Of a DNA stretch of 64,000 nt, positions 39,788 through 47,675 are shown piece by piece. Source of the DNA: Candidatus Woesebacteria bacterium GW2011_GWB1_33_38 (GTDB taxonomy: Bacteria; Patescibacteriota; Microgenomatia; UBA8517); the NCBI GenBank assembly GCA_000990005.1, contig LBPF01000003.1:71479-135478 (forward strand), given 5' to 3'. The translations under genes and the position numbers were made by a program. A model generated the notes under the pieces. The model searched no databases and had not been told where the DNA came from. It worked only from the letters and a program-made list of their open reading frames with translations. How positions within the stretch are numbered: the first letter of the stretch is position 1; each line of letters starts with the position of its first letter.

Positions 39788-40064
39788 TGCTTTAAAGAGG
39801 TGGAACAATTGCCAGGTGCCGTACGGTATCTGGAGGAAAGTCCAGACAGCAGAAGACAGGGTGTCTAGCGTAAGCTAGAGATGCATTTAGTAATAAATGT
39901 AGCCAGTTAGAGCAACAGAGACGAGAAATATGAAACGGGCAATCCTCCCCGCTGCAACCTCCGAATTGGCCGTTTGAGGATGTCTTCCCAAGGCCTAAAG
40001 TATGAGGGCATAGATAGATAATTGTTTTTAAAACAGAATCTGGCTTACTAGCCTCTTTAAAGCA
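39788..40064 (+). ncRNA. rnpB: RNase P RNA (compact, about 277 nt)
   Basis: P1 TGCTTTAAAGAGG/CCTCTTTAAAGCA; GAGGAAAGTCC at 39833; TAGATAGAT; AACAGAATCTGGCTTA at 40032; TGATATAAT promoter just upstream. Confidence 0.95.
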
Positions 40065-40072
40065 CAAAAAGC

Positions 40073-40543
40073 ATGAAATTAGTTATACAACGAGTATTAA
40101 AAGCAAAAGTTACCAAAAAAGAAAATAATAATGTGGTTGGAGAAATAAATAAAGGGCTTTTTACCGGTAACACCGGCCAAGCTTTGCTTATTCTTTTGGG
40201 AATCAAAAAGGGGGATACTAAAAAACAAGTTGATGAATTAGTAAGTAAATTAATTAAACTTCGGATAATGTCAGATCAAAATTCCAAAATGAATCTTTCA
40301 GTTATAGACACAAAATCTGAAGTCTTGGTAGTTTCTCAGTTTACTTTATATGCAAATACTAAAGATGGTAATAGACCAAGCTTTATTGAGGCAGAGGAAC
40401 CAAAAAAAGCAAAAGTATTGTATGAATACATGATAACTAAACTAAAAGAGACTGGATTAAATATACAAACTGGTAGCTTTGGAGATTACATGGAAATAAA
40501 CGCCGTCCTCGACGGTCCCGTGACAATTGTTTTAGAAAATTAA
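40073..40543 (+). CDS. dtd: D-aminoacyl-tRNA deacylase
   Basis: MKLVIQRV, VSQFTLY, GNRPSF, DGPVT. Confidence 0.97.
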   Translation: MKLVIQRVLKAKVTKKENNNVVGEINKGLFTGNTGQALLILLGIKKGDTKKQVDELVSKLIKLRIMSDQNSKMNLSVIDTKSEVLVVSQFTLYANTKDGNRPSFIEAEEPKKAKVLYEYMITKLKETGLNIQTGSFGDYMEINAVLDGPVTIVLEN

Positions 40544-40561
40544 ATTTTGTAAGATATAAAC

Positions 40562-40786
40562 ATGACTAACTATTTAGTTACATTGATTTTGCATAGCCAG
40601 AAATTAACAAGTTCTCAACTCAAAACTCTTGTCGACATTTGTGTCAATATTGGATCAATTGGGTTGGCTTCAATCGTTATCCCTTTATATCTGCAAAGAG
40701 CGTCAATTAATTTGTTATTGCCAAGCATTGCACTAAGTTTCGTATTTTGGTATATTGGAATTACATTATCTAAAAAATATGAATAA
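40562..40786 (+). CDS. Small two-TM membrane protein
   Basis: Two hydrophobic helices. Confidence 0.6.
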   Translation: MTNYLVTLILHSQKLTSSQLKTLVDICVNIGSIGLASIVIPLYLQRASINLLLPSIALSFVFWYIGITLSKKYE

Positions 40787-40901
40787 CGGAATGGGGATCT
40801 TTTATTTAACTTTGGCTATTATTGCATTGACAATTGCTATAATAACACTGCCAACAATGCTTCAAGATTCACTTAAAAAAATGAAATTGAATAAATCCTG
40901 A
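40779..40901 (+). CDS. 40-aa single-TM peptide (not in ORF track)
   Basis: MNNGMGIFYLTLAIIALTIAIITLPTMLQDSLKKMKLNKS*; overlaps the previous stop and ends 1 nt before the next ATG. Confidence 0.6.
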   Translation: MNNGMGIFYLTLAIIALTIAIITLPTMLQDSLKKMKLNKS

Positions 40902-40902
40902 T

Positions 40903-41454
40903 ATGAAAAATGCGTTGATACTTCGTGGAACTGGGAACAACCACAAAGGCAACTGGTTTCCTTGGCTCAAAAAAGAACTTGAAAAGAATGGATATAAAGT
41001 TTGGGTGCCCGATTTACCAAATTCTGAATTAGCTAACATTAAAAGATATAATAAGTTCATTTTTGAAAACAAAAATTTCAAATTTAGCAAAGATACATTA
41101 ATTGTCGGCCACTCTTCGGGCGCAGTTGCTATTTTGGGATTACTTCAAAAATTACCAGATAAAATAGCGGTTAGAAAATCTATTTTGGTGGCTTCATTTA
41201 TGAATGATTTTGGCAATCCAGATTTTGCTGGTTTATTTGAAGAACCATTTGATTTTGAAAAGATTAAAACAAAATCAGACAAAATAGTGTTTGTTCATTC
41301 AGACGACGATCCTTATTGTCCATTATCGCATGCAGAGTATCTGTCTGAAAAACTTGATGCTAAATTGGTAGTCATTAACGGTCAGGGACATTTTAATCTT
41401 GAAAAAGGTCCAGAATTTAGAAAATTTCCAGCAATCCTTAAATTAATTGATTAA
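40903..41454 (+). CDS. RBBP9/YdeN-family alpha/beta hydrolase
   Basis: NWFPWL, GHSSG, HSDDDPYC, GHFN. Confidence 0.92.
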   Translation: MKNALILRGTGNNHKGNWFPWLKKELEKNGYKVWVPDLPNSELANIKRYNKFIFENKNFKFSKDTLIVGHSSGAVAILGLLQKLPDKIAVRKSILVASFMNDFGNPDFAGLFEEPFDFEKIKTKSDKIVFVHSDDDPYCPLSHAEYLSEKLDAKLVVINGQGHFNLEKGPEFRKFPAILKLID

Positions 41455-42114
41455 CTTTTCTTTTTTCAAAAAAATCTCTAACTTTTTGTTTGTTGGGTAT
41501 TGGCGGCCGATGGAGACAAACAGACGATTCAGTTCTGGCCAATATTTTTTGGGAATCACTTTTAATAACTCTTTTTCTGTTTGTTCTGGAGTTTTTGTTT
41601 TAACAATTCCTAAAAAATTACTAATTCTATGAACATGTGTATCAACTGCAATTGTGGGGATTCCAAAAGCTCTGTTTAAAACCAGATTTGCAGTTTTTCT
41701 GCCAACACCGGGAAGTTTCATTAATTCCTCTCGTGTTCTTGGAACAATTACGGGTTCCGAACCTGTAAGATTGATTGCAAGCTGTTTTAAATGCTTTGCC
41801 TTTGTTTTATAGAAGCCTACTGGATAAATTGTTTTTTCTATTAACTTTATATCTATTTCACTTAATATCTTTAAGTTTGAAGCGATAGCGAACAAGCGTT
41901 TGGAAGCCTCAAATGTTACTTCATCCTTGGTTCTTGCGGAGAGGATTGTGGAGACTAGGGTTTTGTAGGGGTTTTTACCAAACACTTCAAGAGGTACTAG
42001 TATGTAGTTCCTCTTGAAGGCTTTAAACAACCGAGCAAGATTATTTGTTTCCACCAATCTTGAACATTGTTGTTCCACAAACTTCACAAACTGCTTTTGT
42101 TGCTTGCTTTCCAT
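41443..42114 (-). CDS. nth: Endonuclease III (HhH-GPD), lacking the C-terminal 4Fe-4S motif; start uncertain
   Basis: LVSTILSART, LPGVGRKTAN, IAVDTHVHRI. Confidence 0.92.
   Translation of the reverse strand: MESKQQKQFVKFVEQQCSRLVETNNLARLFKAFKRNYILVPLEVFGKNPYKTLVSTILSARTKDEVTFEASKRLFAIASNLKILSEIDIKLIEKTIYPVGFYKTKAKHLKQLAINLTGSEPVIVPRTREELMKLPGVGRKTANLVLNRAFGIPTIAVDTHVHRISNFLGIVKTKTPEQTEKELLKVIPKKYWPELNRLFVSIGRQYPTNKKLEIFLKKEKLIN
41748..41770 (-). repeat. 23-bp palindromic element TCTTACAGGTTCGGAACCCGTAA in nth
   Basis: Exact match to recJ 50537-50559. Confidence 0.9.
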
Positions 42115-42123
42115 TCTTCATTG

Positions 42124-42348
42124 TTACAGCTTGTGCACTATGAGTGAAATTAAGATCATTGTAGCCACACCTAGGCTCTTATATAACTCTTTTCTGACTG
42201 AGCCTAAATCTTTCTTTCTAGCCGATAGATTGGCCATTTCGTTTTTAGCCTCAAAATTATAGGATCCACTGAACTTGTAGCCTAATTGGGTATTGACACG
42301 TGTAATCTGTGCGTGCTCTTTCTGTTTTCTAGTTCTTTTTTTTGACAT
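42124..42348 (-). CDS. Small hypothetical protein, basic N-terminus and C-terminal TM
   Basis: MSKKRTRKQKE...; hydrophobic C-terminus. Confidence 0.65.
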   Translation of the reverse strand: MSKKRTRKQKEHAQITRVNTQLGYKFSGSYNFEAKNEMANLSARKKDLGSVRKELYKSLGVATMILISLIVHKL

Positions 42349-42370
42349 AAATTTAAGATATTCTTACATA

Positions 42371-42787
42371 ATGAATATTAGCTTAACACTGGTGATAATT
42401 GCAATTGTCTGGTTAGTAATTTTGACAAGTTTTGCTGTTTGGACCTTTTTAATATTTAAGGATTTAATTAAAATATCTAAAAATAAGGAATTTTCTGATA
42501 ACACAAAAGAAATAAAAAATATTTGGACCGATCTAAAACAGTTCAAAGAAAATTCTAAATTAAATATTTCTCGGGTAGGCCTTGCAAAATACAATCCTTT
42601 TAAAGAAACAGGCGGGAATAATAGTTTTTCTTTGGTACTGTTAGACGCAAATAAAAATGGTATTATTATTACTAGCCTTCATACAAGAGAAAGGACACGG
42701 CTTTACTTAAAAGAGGTAAAACTCGGGAAAGCTTTGATAGAACTCTCAGAAGATGAAGCAAAAGCATTAAAAGAAGCTGTGAAATGA
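42371..42787 (+). CDS. DUF4446-like membrane-anchored protein
   Basis: KYNPF.ETGGN.SFSLVLLD..NG, LSEDE. Confidence 0.85.
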   Translation: MNISLTLVIIAIVWLVILTSFAVWTFLIFKDLIKISKNKEFSDNTKEIKNIWTDLKQFKENSKLNISRVGLAKYNPFKETGGNNSFSLVLLDANKNGIIITSLHTRERTRLYLKEVKLGKALIELSEDEAKALKEAVK

Positions 42788-43995
42788 ACATCAAAAAAAT
42801 ACCATATCAATTAATCTTTGGATTTCTAGGACTTTTTTTGCTTTCTGCTGGTGTTTCCATGGCTGGTTTTACTTTTTTGACCAAAGATTCACCTCTTTCC
42901 CCATCAACTTCTAAAACTGGAGGTAAGGTTTCCAGGGTTGATCTAACCAAACCTAAGACAGAAAGCTGTCCAATAAACGGAGCCATGTTTACAAAAGAAG
43001 AAAAAGAAATTTGGTCTAAGAAAAGACCCATGTTGGCTGTTGTTGAAAATCATTTAGATTCCCGTCCCCAGTCTGGTTTATCTCGAGCGGATGTAGTTTA
43101 TGAAATTGTTGCCGAAGGTGGAATAACAAGATTTTTATCAGTATTTTATTGTGGCATTGCAGATAACGATTATATTATTGGGCAAATTAGAAGTGCTAGG
43201 GTTTACTTTATTAACTATGCATTGGAGTATGGTGATAGACCATTATTTGTTCATTGGGGAGGGGCAAACAATATAGATAACAACATGCCAAGTGGAGTGA
43301 AAATTAAAGGTCAACTCGATCCTAGGGCTGATGCCTATAAATTATTGGAGAAAGTTGGTTGGGTTAACGGTAGGTATGGTAATGACATGAATGGTGCAAC
43401 CAACACGGGTTATCCTGCGCTTTTTACTGACGACAGGAGGATGAATCTTGCCACAGAACATCAAAAGGTTGGGTCAACTGACAAAATCTATGAGGAAGCT
43501 GTCAAAAGAGGTTTTGAATACGAGGATGCTGATGGTAAAGCTTGGGATACTAAGTTTAAATCTTGGAAATTTATAGACGATAAGGCAATTGATGCTCCAA
43601 TGTATGCAAGTATTAAATTTAATTTTTGGGATAGTATGGCAGGCTACGATGTTGAATGGAAATATGATAAAGCAACAAATAAATACTTTAGATTTAATGG
43701 TGGGGTAGAACATAAGGATTTAGAAAATAATGAACAATTAACAGCTAAAAATGTGGCCATAGTTTATGCTAAGGAAGAAGGACCAGTTGATAAAGAGAGT
43801 CATATGTTATATACAGTAACTGGCAAAGGTAAGGCTGTGGTTTTTCAGAATGGTAGTGTGATTGAAAGTACCTGGGAGAAAGCGGTAGCAACTGACAGAT
43901 TAAAGTTTTTTGATGAAAATGGATCTGAAATTGCATTTGTTAGGGGTCAAATTTGGATAGAAGTCTTACCTGCCGGAAATGATATTAGTTATTAA
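42784..43995 (+). CDS. DUF3048 (YerB-like) surface protein
   Basis: EN..DSRPQSGLSRADVVYE..AEGGITRF, IRSAR, GQIWIEV. Confidence 0.88.
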   Translation: MNIKKIPYQLIFGFLGLFLLSAGVSMAGFTFLTKDSPLSPSTSKTGGKVSRVDLTKPKTESCPINGAMFTKEEKEIWSKKRPMLAVVENHLDSRPQSGLSRADVVYEIVAEGGITRFLSVFYCGIADNDYIIGQIRSARVYFINYALEYGDRPLFVHWGGANNIDNNMPSGVKIKGQLDPRADAYKLLEKVGWVNGRYGNDMNGATNTGYPALFTDDRRMNLATEHQKVGSTDKIYEEAVKRGFEYEDADGKAWDTKFKSWKFIDDKAIDAPMYASIKFNFWDSMAGYDVEWKYDKATNKYFRFNGGVEHKDLENNEQLTAKNVAIVYAKEEGPVDKESHMLYTVTGKGKAVVFQNGSVIESTWEKAVATDRLKFFDENGSEIAFVRGQIWIEVLPAGNDISY

Positions 43996-44000
43996 TTTCA

Positions 44001-44585
44001 ATGGCAAATTTAGAAGACATTATCACTTCAAAAGTAAGGGTAAAAATATTAGAATTATTTTTTTCTAATCTAACTGAAATGTATCATGTTAGAGGTATCG
44101 TTCGCGAAATAAACGAGGAAATAAACGCTGTCAGGCGTGAACTTGAAAAGATGGAAACTTCGGGGATTTTGAAGAAAGAACCAAGGGGTAATAGGGTTTA
44201 CTATTTTCTTCGAGCTGACTATTCAATGTTTGGAGATCTCTTGTCAATTGTTGCTAAATCAACTGGCCTTGGAAAGGCAATCCTTGATTCAAGATCAAAA
44301 CTTGGAAAAATTAACCTTGTGATGTTTTCTGGAAAATTCGCTAGAAGTAAACCTAGAAAAAAAGAAGATGAGGTGGATCTTTTAGTTGTAGGAGAAGTTG
44401 TACTACCTGAACTGGCATCTGTTGTTCGTAATTTTGAGTCGAAATTAGGTAGAGAAATAAATTATACTGTTATGGCCAAAGAAGAACTAGAATATAGAAA
44501 GAAAAGACGTGATCCATTTTTACAAGGAATATTTTTAAATAGCAGAGTTATGATAATTGGAGATGAAGAAGAACTTACTGGTTAA
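44001..44585 (+). CDS. Winged-helix regulator with C-terminal nucleotidyltransferase-like domain
   Basis: HVRGIVR...INAVRREL...GNRVYY; VDLLVVG. Confidence 0.75.
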   Translation: MANLEDIITSKVRVKILELFFSNLTEMYHVRGIVREINEEINAVRRELEKMETSGILKKEPRGNRVYYFLRADYSMFGDLLSIVAKSTGLGKAILDSRSKLGKINLVMFSGKFARSKPRKKEDEVDLLVVGEVVLPELASVVRNFESKLGREINYTVMAKEELEYRKKRRDPFLQGIFLNSRVMIIGDEEELTG

Positions 44586-45792
44586 GACAATTTTAATACT
44601 TCTTTTGGTTTTAGCTTGCGGTTACATAAGCTTAGGCTATCCTATTTTTGGAAAAAAATTTGAATTACAATTAGGCCTTGACCTTTCAGGTGGTAGTCAT
44701 TTGGTTTTTGAGGCTGATACAGAGAATTTAGAATCTAGCAAAAAAGAGAAAGCACTATCTTCTTTAAGAAACGTAATTGAAAAGAGAGTTAATCTATTTG
44801 GCGTATCTGAAAGTAATGTGACTACATCCTCATTTGAAGGCAAAGATAGAATAATAGTTGAGCTTCCAGGAATAAATGATCCAAAAGAAGCAACTAATTT
44901 AATAGGTCAAACGGCGCAGTTATTGTTTGCTGAAATTGTCGGAGAGAATCAAATAGTTCCGACAAATTTAACAGGTGCAGATTTAAAGTCTGCAGATACT
45001 ACTTTTGATCAAAATTCTGGTAAGCCTTCAGTTTCAATTGAGTTTAATGAAGAAGGCTCCAAAAAATTTGAGGAAATAACAGGAAAGACAATTGGTAAAC
45101 CATTAGCTATTATTTTGGATAATAATATTATTTCAGCTCCCGTAGTCAATGAAAAAATTATTGGGGGTAAAGCTCAGATTTCAGGAAATTTCACTGTTGA
45201 TGAAGCTAAGAAATTAGAAGTGCAACTTAACGCTGGTGCACTTCCTATTCCTGTTAAATTGGTCGAAGAAAAAACAATTGGTGCAACTTTAGGTGCCGAC
45301 TCTGTTAATAAAAGTATAAAAGCAGGCGTAATTGGACTTGTTATGGTATCTCTTTTTATGATATTAATTTATGGCAGGTACGGACTGGTTGCGGATTTCG
45401 CATTACTTACATTTGGGGTTATAACTTTTGCTTTGTATAAATTAATTCCTGTTACTTTAACACTTCCTGGAATTGCAGGATTTCTTCTTTCTGTTGGTAT
45501 GGCTGTTGATAGTAACATATTGATATTTGAAAGATTAAAAGAAGAGATAAAATTAAGACCTTTTGCATCGGCACTTGAGATTTCATTTGGTAGAGCTTGG
45601 GATTCGATAAGAGACGCAAACGTTGCTACTCTTGTTACTGCCTTTATCCTTGCAAACCCCCTTGATTGGTCATTCTTACATGTCTCAGGGCCTGTCAGAG
45701 GCTTTGCAATTACTCTAGCTTTAGGTATTGCGATATCTTTATTTACTGGAATTGTTGTAAGTCGTAATTTACTTAGATTGTTTGTTAAATAA
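44563..45792 (+). CDS. secD: Protein translocase subunit SecD
   Basis: LGLDLSGG, RIIVELPG, LNAGALP, GMAVDSNILIFER. Confidence 0.97.
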   Translation: MKKNLLVKTILILLLVLACGYISLGYPIFGKKFELQLGLDLSGGSHLVFEADTENLESSKKEKALSSLRNVIEKRVNLFGVSESNVTTSSFEGKDRIIVELPGINDPKEATNLIGQTAQLLFAEIVGENQIVPTNLTGADLKSADTTFDQNSGKPSVSIEFNEEGSKKFEEITGKTIGKPLAIILDNNIISAPVVNEKIIGGKAQISGNFTVDEAKKLEVQLNAGALPIPVKLVEEKTIGATLGADSVNKSIKAGVIGLVMVSLFMILIYGRYGLVADFALLTFGVITFALYKLIPVTLTLPGIAGFLLSVGMAVDSNILIFERLKEEIKLRPFASALEISFGRAWDSIRDANVATLVTAFILANPLDWSFLHVSGPVRGFAITLALGIAISLFTGIVVSRNLLRLFVK

Positions 45793-45793
45793 T

Positions 45794-46594
45794 ATGCAGT
45801 GGATGAAATACAGATTAATTTATTTGATAATATCAGGAGTTTTTTTGACCGCAGGAATATTTAGTTTATTTAAATGGGGATTAAATCTTGGAATTGATTT
45901 TACTGGTGGGGTAGTTACTGAGTACAAATTATCAAGCGGAGAAATTGAAACAAAAAAATTTGGTATAAAGACAGACGAAGAGATAACAAAAATAAGAGAA
46001 GATTATAAAAATCAAAAGGCTACTGAACTGCGATTTGAAACCGTTGGACCTTCAATTGGGCCAGAGTTAATTAAAAAAACTTTTTATGCGCTAGCCATGT
46101 CTGCAATACTTATACTTGTTTGGGTAGCAATACAATTTAAAAGTATTAAATTTGGAGTTTCTGCAATTTTAGCCATGATTCATGATTCACTTGTTTTGGT
46201 TGGTGGATTTTCACTTTTGGGTCATTTTGCGGGAGTTGAAGTTGATTTTTTGTTTGTAACAGCAGTTTTGACGATCCTTTCATTTTCAGTTCATGACACA
46301 ATTGTTGTATACGATAGGATACGTGAGAAACAGAAAAAATATGATCCTACTTTAGGATCTGATATTAAAGCAATTGCTAATTCTGCATTAACTGAAACAA
46401 TGGTTAGAAGCTTAAATAATTCTTTTACTATTATATTTATGTTACTATCATTGGTTTTATTGGGTGGAGATACTGTCAAATGGTTTGCTGTAGCACTTCT
46501 GATTGGAACTATTTCAGGAACCTATTCTTCTCCCTTCGTTGCCGTCCCCATTCTTGTTACTTGGGAAGAATGGGAAAAAAGACTTAAAAAATAA
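45794..46594 (+). CDS. secF: Protein translocase subunit SecF
   Basis: GIDFTGG, VGPSIG, SVHDTIVVYDRIRE, GTYSS. Confidence 0.97.
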   Translation: MQWMKYRLIYLIISGVFLTAGIFSLFKWGLNLGIDFTGGVVTEYKLSSGEIETKKFGIKTDEEITKIREDYKNQKATELRFETVGPSIGPELIKKTFYALAMSAILILVWVAIQFKSIKFGVSAILAMIHDSLVLVGGFSLLGHFAGVEVDFLFVTAVLTILSFSVHDTIVVYDRIREKQKKYDPTLGSDIKAIANSALTETMVRSLNNSFTIIFMLLSLVLLGGDTVKWFAVALLIGTISGTYSSPFVAVPILVTWEEWEKRLKK

Positions 46595-46610
46595 AATCTT
46601 CACAAAAAAC

Positions 46611-46639
46611 TTGCATTTCGCAGAGAGAGAGAGTAATAT
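46611..46639 (+). promoter_or_regulatory. Repeated promoter module copy 3: TTGCAT-TTCGC(AG)6-TAATAT (17-bp spacer)
   Basis: Repeat of copies at 4721 and 5752; ATG 10 nt downstream. Confidence 0.72.
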
Positions 46640-46649
46640 ATGACCTATA

Positions 46650-46907
46650 ATGCAAAAAGATTTTTTTGATGGACGAGAAAAGGTTGGAAAATTTGAGAAT
46701 GAAGAAGAAGCAACAAAGCTCTTGTCAAGTGGTGCTACTATCTTAAAAGGGGTTGAAATGGTATTGGGTAGAAGAGTTGATGCAAAAGAATTTAAATCTG
46801 ACGAAACACTCAGAGATATAATGAATCCCACATTGGATGGAGAAACAAGATATGCTCTACTTTTTATGAAAAAAAGTTTAGATCCAAAAGAATCGAATCT
46901 TCAATGA
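46650..46907 (+). CDS. Small orphan hypothetical protein (85 aa)
   Basis: ATG-started ORF after promoter module copy 3. Confidence 0.65.
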   Translation: MQKDFFDGREKVGKFENEEEATKLLSSGATILKGVEMVLGRRVDAKEFKSDETLRDIMNPTLDGETRYALLFMKKSLDPKESNLQ

Positions 46908-46912
46908 TAAAA

Positions 46913-47203
46913 TTATTCAAACTTCAAAATTAGTTTTGTATTAAAAACTTCTGCAATTCTTTTCAAAAAAGACAATGATGGGTTTCCTGACATGGTTTCA
47001 ATTCTAGAAATTGCGGCTTGAGATGTCCTGAGTCTATTAGCTAAAGTTCTTTGAGAAATATTTTTTTTAATTCTTTTCTCGATAATTTGTTTTGCTAATA
47101 AATATTCAGGTTCAGATTTTTTCCATTCAGCTACAAACTCATGATCATTCATAAGCTCTTTGAAGTGATCATCCAGACTGTAAAGTTTTTGTTTATTGCT
47201 CAT
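46913..47203 (-). CDS. HigA-like XRE/HTH antitoxin
   Basis: ISQRTLA..L.TSQAAISRIE...NPSL..L.RIA. Confidence 0.9.
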   Translation of the reverse strand: MSNKQKLYSLDDHFKELMNDHEFVAEWKKSEPEYLLAKQIIEKRIKKNISQRTLANRLRTSQAAISRIETMSGNPSLSFLKRIAEVFNTKLILKFE

Positions 47204-47212
47204 ACAAATATG

Positions 47213-47240
47213 ATGATATCATATATGATATCATTGTCAA
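47213..47240 (-). promoter_or_regulatory. Antitoxin promoter TTGACA-N16-TATCAT overlapped by a perfect 22-bp palindrome (putative operator)
   Basis: ATGATATCATATATGATATCAT at 47213-47234; TGTCAA at 47235-47240. Confidence 0.75.
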
Positions 47241-47584
47241 TGTCCAAATCTGTTGATCCAGTCATGGTGTCGATCAATAGAAATTTCTAAGTCTTTCTTT
47301 GGAGTTTTTTGCTTTTTCTTGAAAAAACCATGTAATAGTAAAACATCTTGGTTATAAATTATTGCATGAATTATCCTGATATTATCTCTACCTAGAATTC
47401 GTATTTCCCATAAATTGGTTCCTGATAGCTTTTTAGTATAAGGTGATGAAAACTTTAGACCATACTCTTCAATTATTCGTAGTATACGAACAACTTTTGG
47501 TTTTTGTTGTTTGTTCAGAGACATAATAAACTCTTTGATGGGGATGTTATTTAAGATTGTGGTGTAGTAATATATCTTACTCAT
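47237..47584 (-). CDS. RelE/HigB (Gp49-like) type II toxin
   Basis: PYTKKL...LWEIR, LLHGFFKKKQKTP. Confidence 0.9.
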   Translation of the reverse strand: MSKIYYYTTILNNIPIKEFIMSLNKQQKPKVVRILRIIEEYGLKFSSPYTKKLSGTNLWEIRILGRDNIRIIHAIIYNQDVLLLHGFFKKKQKTPKKDLEISIDRHHDWINRFGH

Positions 47585-47675
47585 CTTTTATGCCCTCAAG
47601 TCTTTCAAGTAAAATTTTGCGTTCATTGGGTAGGTTATTTTCAACAACTTCATTAAATAATTTTTCTAAAATTTT
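47577..47675 (-). pseudogene. Displaced paralogous 3' end of cca (32 codons plus stop)
   Basis: KILEKLFNEVVENNLPNERKILLERLEGIKDE* versus cca end EILEKLFNEVVENKFLNERGVLLKQIKELK*. Confidence 0.85.

Noticed and set aside
39792-40067. 91-aa minus-strand ORF in the track
   Set aside because: It is the antisense shadow of the RNase P RNA
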